Shown here piece after piece: positions 29,466 through 39,727 of a stretch of DNA of 64,000 bases. The notes beneath the pieces are model-generated. The model worked only from the letters and a program-made list of their open reading frames with translations, searched no databases and was not told the origin of the DNA. The stretch's first letter is position 1. Each line of letters opens with the position of its first letter. Source of the DNA: Bacteroidales bacterium (GTDB taxonomy: Bacteria > Bacteroidota > Bacteroidia > Bacteroidales > DTGW01); NCBI GenBank assembly GCA_049968755.1, contig JBMFQE010000010.1, forward strand, positions 28,872 to 92,871, in the 5' to 3' direction. A program made the position numbers and the translations under genes.

Positions 29466-29948
29466 TCATTCCCTAACCATGTGTGAGTGTAATATTTTTA
29501 TCATATCTGCATTACAGGTACTCCGACCCTCTGCATCCTCGGGATGGAAACGTTGCAAGGGTAAACTTAAACATATCGACTCGTAAATGTAATGGGTTAA
29601 ATCCACCTCCATGCGCGAAGGATTTACCTCAACCATATCCAATTCCTCCTCTTCCATACCCGACGTAGAATCGCCACTCTCAGTAGCATATACCCTCCCT
29701 GCATACTGAACAGGCATTAAAAACATATCGAGGCATCGATCGCACGATACCTCTACCTCTCCCGTTATAGAAAGATCCATGGCCATAATTTCGTTCCTTT
29801 TTTCCATGGCCACATGAACATGAAGTTTTCCATGCTCAAACTCCGAATAACCAAGCTCCTCAAAAAATCTATCACCAATGGTAAAATCATATTTATGATT
29901 ACCATCTGGTATGCCCTTGTAGGATATGATTATCCGTATATCATTCAC
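29466..29948 (-). CDS. yceD: YceD/DUF177 family protein
   Basis: CDRCL, VDLTHYIYE...LSLP; upstream of rpmF. Confidence 0.88.
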   Translation of the reverse strand: MNDIRIIISYKGIPDGNHKYDFTIGDRFFEELGYSEFEHGKLHVHVAMEKRNEIMAMDLSITGEVEVSCDRCLDMFLMPVQYAGRVYATESGDSTSGMEEEELDMVEVNPSRMEVDLTHYIYESICLSLPLQRFHPEDAEGRSTCNADMIKILHSHMVRE

Positions 29949-30043
29949 CGCAAAAAAATTTTGGCAAAAGTATAAATTATTTCTCTATAGATAAAAGTAT
30001 TATTTTTTATCTCTAAGTGGAAAAATACATAAGTTATTAATTG

Positions 30044-30856
30044 TCAGCCAATTTTATAATGCGAGGAAAGGATATCAAAAAACCATCGCTGCGGCAAAAT
30101 TTTTTTTAGAAGAGCGGCCAAACGTTGTTCAGGCGTTGCAATTATATACGAAAACCTGGGATCTTTTTTTCTTATAATTTTTTCAATTTTTCGTGCCAGC
30201 ACAATGGGTGGCAATCCCTTTTTTTCATCATTTTCAATGATCTCAAGCGTTTTTTTTAACTGCTCATGGTAGGGGTCATTCTTATCCGAAAAAGCTTGAA
30301 CCATTTTTCTGTTTTGGGTAAAATGGGTATGAAAATCGCCCGGACGCACTACTACCACTTTAATATGGTATGGTTTCAGCTCCATGCTCAACGCCTCCGA
30401 CAGTCCCTCGATGGCAAACTTACTTGCCGAGTAAAAACCCTGAAAAGGCAGTCCCATTATACCACCCAACGAGCTGATATTGATAATTTTGCCCTTCCCT
30501 CGGCGCCGCATATGCGGTAATACAGCCTGAATGGTATTGACACAACCAACAAAATTGGTACGCATTTGCAACTCTATTTCCTGCAGGGTAAAATTTTCAA
30601 CAGCTCCGCCAATGCCAATGCCCGCATTATTTATCAGTACATCCACTTTACCCTCACGTTGAATGAGCTGCTCAACCGCATCCATCACGCTCTGCCGGTT
30701 AGTTACGTCCATTCTTAACAGATTGACCCCGTCAATGGGATAGACCTCGCGACGTACAGTTCCATATACTACGTAGGCTTTCGAGGCCAACAGGGTGGCC
30801 ATGGCATGGCCAAATCCCGAGGACACGCCTGTTATAAGTACAACTTTTTTGCCCAT
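30044..30856 (-). CDS. Classical SDR oxidoreductase (candidate 3-ketosphinganine reductase)
   Basis: TGVSSGFG, NNAG, YSASK; 34 bp downstream of spt. Confidence 0.85.
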   Translation of the reverse strand: MGKKVVLITGVSSGFGHAMATLLASKAYVVYGTVRREVYPIDGVNLLRMDVTNRQSVMDAVEQLIQREGKVDVLINNAGIGIGGAVENFTLQEIELQMRTNFVGCVNTIQAVLPHMRRRGKGKIINISSLGGIMGLPFQGFYSASKFAIEGLSEALSMELKPYHIKVVVVRPGDFHTHFTQNRKMVQAFSDKNDPYHEQLKKTLEIIENDEKKGLPPIVLARKIEKIIRKKDPRFSYIIATPEQRLAALLKKILPQRWFFDILSSHYKIG

Positions 30857-30890
30857 TGAATAATTTTTAAAATATTTTTAAGGCCTGGAC

Positions 30891-32102
30891 TTACTGATTT
30901 GTAGCAGTAGCCGCTACTGGTATAACATCAAGCGCTTTAGCAGCCCGATAAATTTTGTCTATAGCTACTTCTACCTGCTCAAAGGTATGGGTTGCCATAA
31001 GCGAAAAACGTATCAATGAATCTTCTTTCTTAACTGCAGGCGAAACGACAGGATTTACAAATACCCCATCCTCAAGCAGCATTCGCGTAAGCTTAAGAGC
31101 TTTCATATCATCTCTAATGTATAGAGGAATTATAGGTGTTTCGGACCTTCCCGTGTCGAAACCCAAAGATTTAAAACTTTTCAAAGCAAAATGGGTCAAA
31201 TCCCATAAGTGTTTGATACGTTCAGGTTCAGATTCCATAATTTCGATGGCTGCCAACACACTTGCCGCAGAGGCAGGGGTAATACTTGCACTAAAGATGA
31301 GCGAGCGAGAATTATGTTTTAAGTAATTGATAATGGAAGCATCGGCAGCAATGAAGCCACCCAGCGAAGCTAAAGACTTTGAAAAAGTTCCCATGATCAG
31401 GTCGACCTTATCGGTCAAACCAAAATGGGATGCAGTACCTGAACCATTTTCTCCCAGTACCCCAATGGAATGTGCATCATCGATCATGATAGAAGCATTG
31501 TATTTCTGGGCAAGCTCAACAACTTTCGGCAAATCAATTATGTCACCATCCATGGAAAATATCCCATCCAAAACGATAAGTTTGATTCGATCGGGATCAC
31601 AAAGTTTTAACTTGTTTTCCAACGATTCCATGTCGTTGTGGAAAAATTTCAACACTTTGGAAAACGACAGTCGGCTTCCTTCAATAATCGATGCATGATC
31701 GGCCTCGTCGAGCAATACATAATCGTTTCGTCCGGTCAAGGAAGAAACTACGCCCAAATTAACCTGAAAACCCGTACTGTAAACCAATGCAGCCTCCTTC
31801 TTAACGAGCTTTGCCAAACGATTCTCAAGTTCAATATGAAGGTCAATAGTGCCGTTCAGAAAACGCGATCCGGCACAACCCGTACCATATTTATCGATAG
31901 CACGCTTAGCAGCCTCCTTTATTTTAGGATGATTGGTAAGTCCAAGGTAACTATTTGAACCAAACATGAGCACTTTCTTGCCATTCATGACTACCTCGGT
32001 ACTCTGATCCGATTCAATGACCCGAAAATATGGATATATACCAGCTGCCATTGCCTTCTGTGGGGCATCGTACGTAGATAATTTTTCTTGTAACAATCCC
32101 AT
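30891..32102 (-). CDS. spt: Serine palmitoyltransferase (alpha-oxoamine synthase family)
   Basis: GIYPYFRVIES N-terminus, FGSNSYLGL, GSRFLNGT, DDAH, GTFSKS PLP lysine motif typical of bacterial SPT. Confidence 0.82.
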   Translation of the reverse strand: MGLLQEKLSTYDAPQKAMAAGIYPYFRVIESDQSTEVVMNGKKVLMFGSNSYLGLTNHPKIKEAAKRAIDKYGTGCAGSRFLNGTIDLHIELENRLAKLVKKEAALVYSTGFQVNLGVVSSLTGRNDYVLLDEADHASIIEGSRLSFSKVLKFFHNDMESLENKLKLCDPDRIKLIVLDGIFSMDGDIIDLPKVVELAQKYNASIMIDDAHSIGVLGENGSGTASHFGLTDKVDLIMGTFSKSLASLGGFIAADASIINYLKHNSRSLIFSASITPASAASVLAAIEIMESEPERIKHLWDLTHFALKSFKSLGFDTGRSETPIIPLYIRDDMKALKLTRMLLEDGVFVNPVVSPAVKKEDSLIRFSLMATHTFEQVEVAIDKIYRAAKALDVIPVAATATNQ

Positions 32103-32265
32103 AGCTCTAAAATTTTGCCCAAAAATATAAAAATCTTTTAACATGCATTTAAAAGACCAATCTTCTCTATTTTACCAAGTGTCATCCAAATAAAGCATTT
32201 CAGCACATACCCCAGACAAAAAGTAATTTTGTCTATTTTTGCAAAATTTTGTTAAAAACACATGT

Positions 32266-34071
32266 ATGGAAAATTTAAGGAATATTGCCATTATTGCCCA
32301 TGTCGACCACGGAAAAACTACCCTTGTAGACAAGATGATATTACAGGGAAACGTGTTTAAAGCACATGAAAACCCAGGCGAATTGATCATGGACAATAAC
32401 GAGCTTGAACGTGAAAGAGGGATTACTATATTGGCTAAAAATGTCTCGGTTCGCTATAAAAACTATAAAATTAATATCATCGATACACCGGGTCATGCCG
32501 ATTTTGGGGGTGAAGTGGAACGCGTGCTCAACATGGCCGATGGGGTGCTGCTATTGGTCGACGCCTTCGAGGGGATTATGCCGCAAACCCGCTTTGTGCT
32601 TGAAAAAGCGCTCAGCATGAATCTAAAGCCTATTGTTGTGATCAACAAGGTTGACAAGCCCAATTGCCGACCCGATGAGGTACATGAATCTGTTTTTGAT
32701 TTAATGTTTACTTTAGGTGCCACCGAAGAACAGCTTAATTTTCCAACTCTTTATGGTTCGGGAAAGCAAGGTTGGATGAGCACCGATTGGCGTAATCCCA
32801 CACAGGACATTTTTCCCTTGCTTGAAGCAATAGTTGAGCACATCCCCTCACCGCAGCTTACTGATGGCAATTTACAACTACTTATTTCTTCACTTGATTA
32901 TTCATCGTACATAGGAAGAATAGCTATTGGAAAAGTTAAGCGCGGCACCATACGTGAAGGTATGCCCGTTTCGCTGGTGAAAAAAAATGGGCAAATTATC
33001 AAGTCAAAAGTAAAAGAATTATTCACTTTCGAAGGGTTGGAGCGCAAAAAAGTAAGCGAAGTTATTGCGGGCGACATTTGTGCCGTTGTGGGCGTCGATG
33101 GCTTTGAAATTGGCGATACCATTGCCGACATTGAAAACCCCGAAGCATTGCCTCCCATTCATATCGACGAACCAACGATGAGCATGTTGTTTACCATAAA
33201 CAATTCTCCCTTCTATGGTCGTGAGGGCAAATTTGTAACATCACGACACCTGAAGGAAAGGCTGGAAAGAGAACTCGAAAAAAATCTGGCCATGCGACTC
33301 GAATACACAGATTCTGCCGATTCTTTTATCGTATATGGCCGGGGTGTTCTACATCTTTCTATTCTTATTGAAACCATGCGGAGGGAAGGATACGAATTTC
33401 AGGTGGGACAACCCAAAGTAATTTATAAAGAAATCGACGGTAAACAATGTGAACCAATTGAATATTTAACAGTAGATGTACCTGAAAATTTTGCAGGTAC
33501 GGTCATCGACATGGTTACCAGCCGAAAAGGTAACCTTATCCACATGGATAATCGAGCCGATCGGGTCCATCTGGATTTTGAAATTCCCTCAAGAGGCATT
33601 ATCGGACTCAGAAGCAGGCTGCTAACAGCCACGTCGGGCGAAGCAATTATGGCGCATCGTTTCAAGGATTTTGAGCCCTATCGAGGGCCCATCGAGGGTC
33701 GCATCAACGGATCACTGGTATCGCTCGAAACGGGTACCGCAGTGGCCTATGCTCTCGATAAATTTCAGGACAGAGGCATATTCTTTGTCTATCCGGGCGA
33801 AGAAATTTATGCGGGACAGGTAATTGGAGAAAACAACCGTCCCGGTGATATTGGACTAAATCTTACCAAAACCAAAAAATTGACCAACATCAGGGCTGCT
33901 GGATCGGATGAAAAAATAAAAATTGCCCCGCCCGTTCGTTTTAGCCTTGAAGAGGCTCTAGAATACATACAGGAAGACGAGTACGTAGAAATTACCCCCA
34001 AAAGCATAAGGCTCCGCAAGATTATCCTCGACGAGAACGAACGGAAAAGAATGGAAAAACAGTCGAAATAA
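32266..34071 (+). CDS. typA: Translational GTPase TypA/BipA
   Basis: AHVDHGKTT, ERGITILAK, DTPGHADFGGEVER, GRGVLHLSILIE. Confidence 0.97.
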   Translation: MENLRNIAIIAHVDHGKTTLVDKMILQGNVFKAHENPGELIMDNNELERERGITILAKNVSVRYKNYKINIIDTPGHADFGGEVERVLNMADGVLLLVDAFEGIMPQTRFVLEKALSMNLKPIVVINKVDKPNCRPDEVHESVFDLMFTLGATEEQLNFPTLYGSGKQGWMSTDWRNPTQDIFPLLEAIVEHIPSPQLTDGNLQLLISSLDYSSYIGRIAIGKVKRGTIREGMPVSLVKKNGQIIKSKVKELFTFEGLERKKVSEVIAGDICAVVGVDGFEIGDTIADIENPEALPPIHIDEPTMSMLFTINNSPFYGREGKFVTSRHLKERLERELEKNLAMRLEYTDSADSFIVYGRGVLHLSILIETMRREGYEFQVGQPKVIYKEIDGKQCEPIEYLTVDVPENFAGTVIDMVTSRKGNLIHMDNRADRVHLDFEIPSRGIIGLRSRLLTATSGEAIMAHRFKDFEPYRGPIEGRINGSLVSLETGTAVAYALDKFQDRGIFFVYPGEEIYAGQVIGENNRPGDIGLNLTKTKKLTNIRAAGSDEKIKIAPPVRFSLEEALEYIQEDEYVEITPKSIRLRKIILDENERKRMEKQSK

Positions 34072-34323
34072 TCACGGAACAGGATCGTATCCGCTTCCGC
34101 CCCAGGGATGACAGGAAAGGATGCGCTTGATGGCTAGCCACAGACCCCTAAGGGGACCATGCTTGCGAAGCGCCTCTATGGCATAAGCCGAGCAGGTAGG
34201 GGTATACCTGCAGGTAGGTGGTAAAAAAGGCGAAACGAATGCACGGTAAAACCGTACCGGCAAAATTAGTATTTCAACGAGCAGTCGTAAGATCAATCGG
34301 ATGGGGTTAGGAAATTGTTTCAT
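34072..34323 (-). CDS. yidD: Membrane protein insertion efficiency factor
   Basis: [28 protein letters not shown]. Confidence 0.95.
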   Translation of the reverse strand: MKQFPNPIRLILRLLVEILILPVRFYRAFVSPFLPPTCRYTPTCSAYAIEALRKHGPLRGLWLAIKRILSCHPWGGSGYDPVP

Positions 34324-34702
34324 GCGAATAATTATCTATTATCCTTTTTAGGGCCAAAGCAACACTTTTTCGAATTTCAGTTATATAAAGTTCATTATCA
34401 GCAATATAGGAAATTGCAATTAAAGCATTTTTTTGCAATTTATTTAAGTTTTCATAAAAATAATTTTTTTCAAGTCGGTATGCCTCACGTAGTAAACGTT
34501 TCATTCGATTGCGTCGGGTCGCCTTACGAAAGCGTTTTCGAGACACAAGAATTAACGCCTGCGCAGGCGGAATAGCAGCATTTTCACGTACAAGGTAGGT
34601 AATTTTCACCGGATATACCAGAAAACTTTTTCCCTCGGTAAATAAAAGTTCTATAAGCTTTTTACTACAAAGGCGCTCACTTTTTTTGAATTGGTTTTTC
34701 AT
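34307..34702 (-). CDS. rnpA: Ribonuclease P protein component
   Basis: [24 protein letters not shown] (RNR motif). Confidence 0.93.
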   Translation of the reverse strand: MKNQFKKSERLCSKKLIELLFTEGKSFLVYPVKITYLVRENAAIPPAQALILVSRKRFRKATRRNRMKRLLREAYRLEKNYFYENLNKLQKNALIAISYIADNELYITEIRKSVALALKRIIDNYSHETIS

Positions 34703-34715
34703 TTGTCAGGGGCTA

Positions 34716-35474
34716 TTATTTACTCCCCTTGCAATTTTTATTATAATTGCGAATAAACATATCGAGCGCCATAGTCATGGAGGGAGCTTCAGGAACAGGA
34801 GCTTGAATATCGAGCCTTAATCCAGCCTCCTTTACTGCTTTGGCTGTAGTCTCGCCAAAAGATGCTATCTTAATGTCTTTCTGCTCAAAATTAGGAAAAT
34901 TTTCAAGCAAAGCTTTAACTGCAGCCGGGCTGTAAAAAACCAATATATCGTAATCGAGGTTTAAGTCCGATAAATCGCTTATTACGGTCCGATAAAATAT
35001 GGCCTTTGTATACTTTAATCCCAGTCGATCAAAAAGTTCGGGTATATCGTTTTTATGATTGTCGGACAAGGGAATAAGAAATTTTTCATTCTTATTTTTC
35101 AGCAAAGCATCCTGTATGTCGAGAAGGGAAGATTTTCCGTAGTAAATTTTTCGCTTGCGATACACAATGTATTTTTGTAGGTAGAAGGCAACCGATTCAG
35201 TAGTACAAAAGTACTTCATGGAATCGGGCACAGTAATTCGCATTTCCTCACAAATACGGAAAAAATGGTCAATGGCTGTCTTCGCAGAAAATACCAGGGC
35301 AGTATGCTCGAGTATATCTATACGTGCTTGGCGAATATCCTTTGCAGACAATCCCTCCACATGACTAAAGGGCCTGAAATCAACCTTAACATTATTTTTT
35401 GCCTCAAGTTCCCGAAAGGGAGACTTTTCATTTTCTGGCTCAGGCTGAGTGACAAGAATTTTTCTTATTTTCAA
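34716..35474 (-). CDS. hemD: Uroporphyrinogen-III synthase family protein
   Basis: ILVTQP, YLQKYIVYRKRK, VFYSPAAV, FGETTAKA; Bacteroidota HemD-like. Confidence 0.82.
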   Translation of the reverse strand: MKIRKILVTQPEPENEKSPFRELEAKNNVKVDFRPFSHVEGLSAKDIRQARIDILEHTALVFSAKTAIDHFFRICEEMRITVPDSMKYFCTTESVAFYLQKYIVYRKRKIYYGKSSLLDIQDALLKNKNEKFLIPLSDNHKNDIPELFDRLGLKYTKAIFYRTVISDLSDLNLDYDILVFYSPAAVKALLENFPNFEQKDIKIASFGETTAKAVKEAGLRLDIQAPVPEAPSMTMALDMFIRNYNKNCKGSK

Positions 35475-35504
35475 GGCCTTAGAGTTTTAGTTTATCATCC
35501 TTCG

Positions 35505-36407
35505 CTACCCCCCTCGTACCCCCATGCTTATGTATTTATAAAGCAATAAAAAAGGTACAAATTCTGCTGTGCAAAGATATAAAATCCAATAAAAAATAAA
35601 AATACCTTTTTTTAGAATTATTTTAATTCCGCGACTATAAATAAATACATGCGCAATAACAAACAGAACAGCAGCAGCTACCAGCGCATAACTGGTTGAC
35701 TCAACATCGCTAAAAACAGCCAAAATAAGTATGGGTAACATAAACAGGGCTACTACCTTATAGTACAAAAGATTATGAAATAGGTATTCACGAAAAATTG
35801 CCCGCTTGTCCAGCAACCAACCCGTAATTCTTATTACGATAGCTCGGAATAATAAAAATATGGACACATACCCTACCGATAGCAAAAATAAAGGAATGCT
35901 ACCCAAATGGGAATAAATGTCATAATTTCGGAAAATGAGATAAAGAAATAGCGAAAAAATAATTACAGCCATAGCATTGAGCCAGGCAAAAAATGAAGGT
36001 AAAGTAGCATTTTGGTCGTTGTGCAAACGAAGGGATTCAGAATAAAGAAAAGTGGCATAAAAAAATTGCCGCAGGTAACGCTGAAAAATTGCGCTTACCA
36101 TGGCATATAAAGTAATCAGCAGTAGAGCAATTGCAAGCAGAAAATCGGGATTCTTGTAGGCATAGGTCTTTTGAAAAGGTTTGGCTGTAATTGTCTCTAT
36201 GATGCTTCTGTCTTTTGTTTCAATAAAAATTTTTTTAGTTGCTAACTGATATTTAAAAAAGGGGTGATTGTACGAAAGCACATGAGACCAATCGCACTGC
36301 ATTGAATCCAAATTTTTTGAACGTTCCTGCGGAAAAGTAGCCGGGATCCGGGGAATAGCGTGTGTTTTAAACAACGACTCGGGAACAAATGTTACCTCCT
36401 GTGTCAT
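35505..36407 (-). CDS. DUF4271-like membrane protein
   Basis: Multi-TM, C-terminal YWILYLCTAEFVP; upstream of hemD. Confidence 0.78.
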   Translation of the reverse strand: MTQEVTFVPESLFKTHAIPRIPATFPQERSKNLDSMQCDWSHVLSYNHPFFKYQLATKKIFIETKDRSIIETITAKPFQKTYAYKNPDFLLAIALLLITLYAMVSAIFQRYLRQFFYATFLYSESLRLHNDQNATLPSFFAWLNAMAVIIFSLFLYLIFRNYDIYSHLGSIPLFLLSVGYVSIFLLFRAIVIRITGWLLDKRAIFREYLFHNLLYYKVVALFMLPILILAVFSDVESTSYALVAAAVLFVIAHVFIYSRGIKIILKKGIFIFYWILYLCTAEFVPFLLLYKYISMGVRGG

Positions 36408-36733
36408 GGCTTTAGCTTTGGATTATTTCGATGCCGTGCATTATCGCGCACCCGTTTTTTTTCGAGATTGTCCTGAATGGCAGAGGTCAAATCAACACCT
36501 GTTTGGTTGGCAATACAAACCAGAACAAACAAAACATCGGCCAGCTCGTCTGCCAGCAACGCAACTTGTTCGCCTTCTTTTCCATTTTGCTCCCCATAGG
36601 TTCGTGCCATAATACGAGCCACTTCGCCAACCTCCTCGGTCAACAAAGCCATATTGGTAAGCTCGTTGAAATAGCGCACCCCATAATTTTTTATCCAATC
36701 ATCGACAGATTGCTGCAATTCTGCGAGTGTCAT
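36404..36733 (-). CDS. MazG-like nucleotide pyrophosphohydrolase
   Basis: LTEEVGEVAR, LADELADVLF. Confidence 0.9.
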   Translation of the reverse strand: MTLAELQQSVDDWIKNYGVRYFNELTNMALLTEEVGEVARIMARTYGEQNGKEGEQVALLADELADVLFVLVCIANQTGVDLTSAIQDNLEKKRVRDNARHRNNPKLKP

Positions 36734-36737
36734 ACCT

Positions 36738-37190
36738 TTATTCCCTATTTTTGCTATCGATCCAGATGGTCACCGGGCCCTCATTCACCAGGTGCACTTG
36801 CATGTCGGCACCAAATTCGCCCGATTTCACAACGAGATTTGTTGCACTTTTCAGCTCATGCAAAAATTGCTCGTAAAGCGGACGCGCAATTTCAGGTCTG
36901 GCAGCGCGGCTATACGAAGGCCGATTACCTTTCTTTGTACTTGCGTGCAACGTAAACTGACTAATACACAGGATGCTCCCTCCGATATCCTCTATGCTCA
37001 AATTCATCACCCCATGGGCATCATCAAATATGCGCAGTCCTAAAATTTTTTTTACCAGCCAGGCAATATCAGAAGCATCATCTGCAGCCTCAATGCCCAA
37101 AAAAATAACCATGCCCTGCCCGATGGCTCTTTCCGTTTGATGATTTATTATAACTTTGGCTTGCGAAACGCGTTGTATTAAAACTCTCAT
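36738..37190 (-). CDS. dtd: D-aminoacyl-tRNA deacylase
   Basis: MRVLIQRV, SQFTL, KKGNRPSY, NEGPVT. Confidence 0.96.
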   Translation of the reverse strand: MRVLIQRVSQAKVIINHQTERAIGQGMVIFLGIEAADDASDIAWLVKKILGLRIFDDAHGVMNLSIEDIGGSILCISQFTLHASTKKGNRPSYSRAARPEIARPLYEQFLHELKSATNLVVKSGEFGADMQVHLVNEGPVTIWIDSKNRE

Positions 37191-37225
37191 ACCATAGTTA
37201 CATCCGTGCAAACTTACAATTTTCC

Positions 37226-39709
37226 ATGAGAAAAGTAATAAAATATTTTGCAATAACAACCAGTGGTCTACTTCTACTATTGATTAGTTCAGTAGGCATT
37301 GTATATTTTTTTTATGCCGATCAAATCATTCGGTACACAATCGATCAGCTAAACAAAAGTCTGAGCATTCGGATAGATGTTCAAAAAATCTCATTTGAGC
37401 CATTAAAAAATTTTCCTCATGCAGCAGTAGTGCTTCAAAATGCCATAGCCAGTACAACAAATTCGCAAGTTGACACCCTGCTCAGCTGCGAACAATTGTC
37501 TTTACAATTTAATTGGATAAAAATTTTCAAGCAACAATATGTGATTGAAGGCATTGGCATTACAAACGCCAAAATACACCTTTGTTTCGACTCCAGTGGA
37601 AACTTTGCTCATCAGATTTTGAAGTCTGACCTGAAGAGCGATTCCGTAACAAACCCACTTGCCATACACCATTTTTGGCTGAAAAATTCCCAACTTAACA
37701 TTTCTACACCACAGCTGGGACTAATTTCCGCTGATATCAAGCAATTAAACTTCAACGGCGAAATGAAATTAAAGCTTGTTAAGGGAAAAATTCAGATTCA
37801 GGGTAAAAATGCAAAATTTACAATGAATCAGGAACAAAAAACAATAACACAATTTTTTTTCACAAGTAATTGTTTTTATAATAATTTTCAAGTAAAACTG
37901 TCAGGAGAACTTGAAATAAACAAAGAAAATTTTTTCATACAATTTACATCAAATAAACAGTTACAAAAATTTGATATTGAAGGAAATAAAATTAGACTGC
38001 AAAATTTGAGCATGCTGGTTCCCTCCGAAATTTTTAAGCAGCTGCCCAATCCTAAACTTGATTTAAGCGCACAGGTAACCAAGCAAATGTCAGGTCGCAA
38101 AAGGTTGGATGTTACTGCTCAATGCAGGTTGAATAACAATGAAATCACTCTACCTGATATATCGGGTCATATATCGGGCAATCTGAGATATATTGGCAAC
38201 TTAACCGATAGCATACATCGCATCGAGGGCACAAACATCACGCTGAATACCGCATTTTCGCATATAAACTTTTCGGGAACACTATGCAAAGCTGAAAAAA
38301 ACTGGTCGACAGAGGCAGCAGGAATTTGTAAGCTCGAAATAAGAGAAATCAAACAATATTTTGATAGTTTGCCCTTACAACTGCAAGATGGAACATCAAA
38401 CTTTAAATTCGTGCTGAAAAAAGAGAGCACCTCGCTCGAAAAAATTTTCAACGTAGAAGGCTGGCAATATTCGCTGGAAGGAAAGTTAGAAAACGCTACT
38501 GGAAAATTCAACGGCACAAGCATAGATAGCCTTACAACCATTTTTTTAATTCAACCAGGTATCTTTCAACTACCCACATTGGTTGCCAACTGGGAAAATA
38601 ATTCTTGGCATTTTTCAGGTCGTATCGAGCAAAAAAATTCTATTGGAATTGTAGGTAATATAAATTTTGATAATTTAATCCTTGACAAAATTTTAAGTAT
38701 AGTTAACTCAAGTAATAATTCAGGTTCAAACATAAATCTTTTGTTGCAAGTTTCGGCGGCAGCAGGCAGCTACAAAAATTCTCCATTTAAGCAGCTTCAG
38801 TTAAAGCTATTCAGTACCGACAGTGTGCTTAAAATACAAAATCTTTCGGTACATTTTCTAAGCGGAAAAATTAATAACCTTTTCCTAAGCAGTTCGGGTT
38901 CGAATTACTCTCTCGAAACTCAGGCCGAAAAAATCGATGTTACACAGTTGATACAGTTGCTCGAAAATTTTGGATTTTCCCCGATTAAAACGGAAATGGT
39001 ATCGGGAAAACTAAACGCCAAAGTTAACCTCAAATGGATTTATCAAAACGATAAAATTCAATTCGACAAAACTTTGGGAGATATTGAAATAATAATAAAT
39101 CAAGGCAGACTTATCCAATACCCTCCTTTAAAGGATGTTATGAAATATATTAATCTTCGTGAACCCGAAGACGTTCGATTTAAACCTCTAAAAATTCGTT
39201 TGAATATCAAAGACAATACCGTATGGATTGAGCCCGTTCATATTCAATCCTCAGCAATCGACTTTACCACGTGGGGGTCTCACTCGTTCGACAATAAGTA
39301 CGAATATCATTTTAAATTTTATCTGTCGGATGTGATGAAAAAACAAAACGTCGACAAAAAACAAGACATCCCTGTCACCGAAATAGAGGATTCGACAAAA
39401 ATGGCAGTGGTATTTGTATTACTCAAAGGCACAGGCTCACAATACAAAATAAGCTACGACACACGAGCATCGTTAGACAACTTTAGATTGAGATGGAAGG
39501 CTGAACAAAAAAATTTGGGCACCATTCTTAAAGAAGAATTTAAGGGCTCAGCAAATAGGGATATAACTGAACAATCGCCACAGCACAATAAAAAGGCAGC
39601 ACCGACTGTTATTATGGAAGAAGAGGGAAAAAAAGGACCGAATCAAAAGCCATCGACCAATACATCAAGGAAACGACCCGCTATTGAATGGAAAGACGAA
39701 GATAATTAA
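37226..39709 (+). CDS. AsmA family protein
   Basis: N-terminal TM anchor, long beta-rich body, GSHSFDNKYEYH C-terminal pattern. Confidence 0.78.
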   Translation: MRKVIKYFAITTSGLLLLLISSVGIVYFFYADQIIRYTIDQLNKSLSIRIDVQKISFEPLKNFPHAAVVLQNAIASTTNSQVDTLLSCEQLSLQFNWIKIFKQQYVIEGIGITNAKIHLCFDSSGNFAHQILKSDLKSDSVTNPLAIHHFWLKNSQLNISTPQLGLISADIKQLNFNGEMKLKLVKGKIQIQGKNAKFTMNQEQKTITQFFFTSNCFYNNFQVKLSGELEINKENFFIQFTSNKQLQKFDIEGNKIRLQNLSMLVPSEIFKQLPNPKLDLSAQVTKQMSGRKRLDVTAQCRLNNNEITLPDISGHISGNLRYIGNLTDSIHRIEGTNITLNTAFSHINFSGTLCKAEKNWSTEAAGICKLEIREIKQYFDSLPLQLQDGTSNFKFVLKKESTSLEKIFNVEGWQYSLEGKLENATGKFNGTSIDSLTTIFLIQPGIFQLPTLVANWENNSWHFSGRIEQKNSIGIVGNINFDNLILDKILSIVNSSNNSGSNINLLLQVSAAAGSYKNSPFKQLQLKLFSTDSVLKIQNLSVHFLSGKINNLFLSSSGSNYSLETQAEKIDVTQLIQLLENFGFSPIKTEMVSGKLNAKVNLKWIYQNDKIQFDKTLGDIEIIINQGRLIQYPPLKDVMKYINLREPEDVRFKPLKIRLNIKDNTVWIEPVHIQSSAIDFTTWGSHSFDNKYEYHFKFYLSDVMKKQNVDKKQDIPVTEIEDSTKMAVVFVLLKGTGSQYKISYDTRASLDNFRLRWKAEQKNLGTILKEEFKGSANRDITEQSPQHNKKAAPTVIMEEEGKKGPNQKPSTNTSRKRPAIEWKDEDN

Positions 39710-39727
39710 ATACTTAAATCGAGCTGT

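Noticed and set aside
30891..32102. Calling the alpha-oxoamine synthase bioF because bioB is in the window
   Set aside because: The GIYPYFR N-terminus, FGSNSYLGL and GTFSKS fit Bacteroidota SPT better, and it is 28 kb from bioB in a lipid-gene context.
36404..36733. MazG-like gene (also dut and the HD protein) as nucleotide-depletion defence
   Set aside because: Each sits in housekeeping gene order with no island features.
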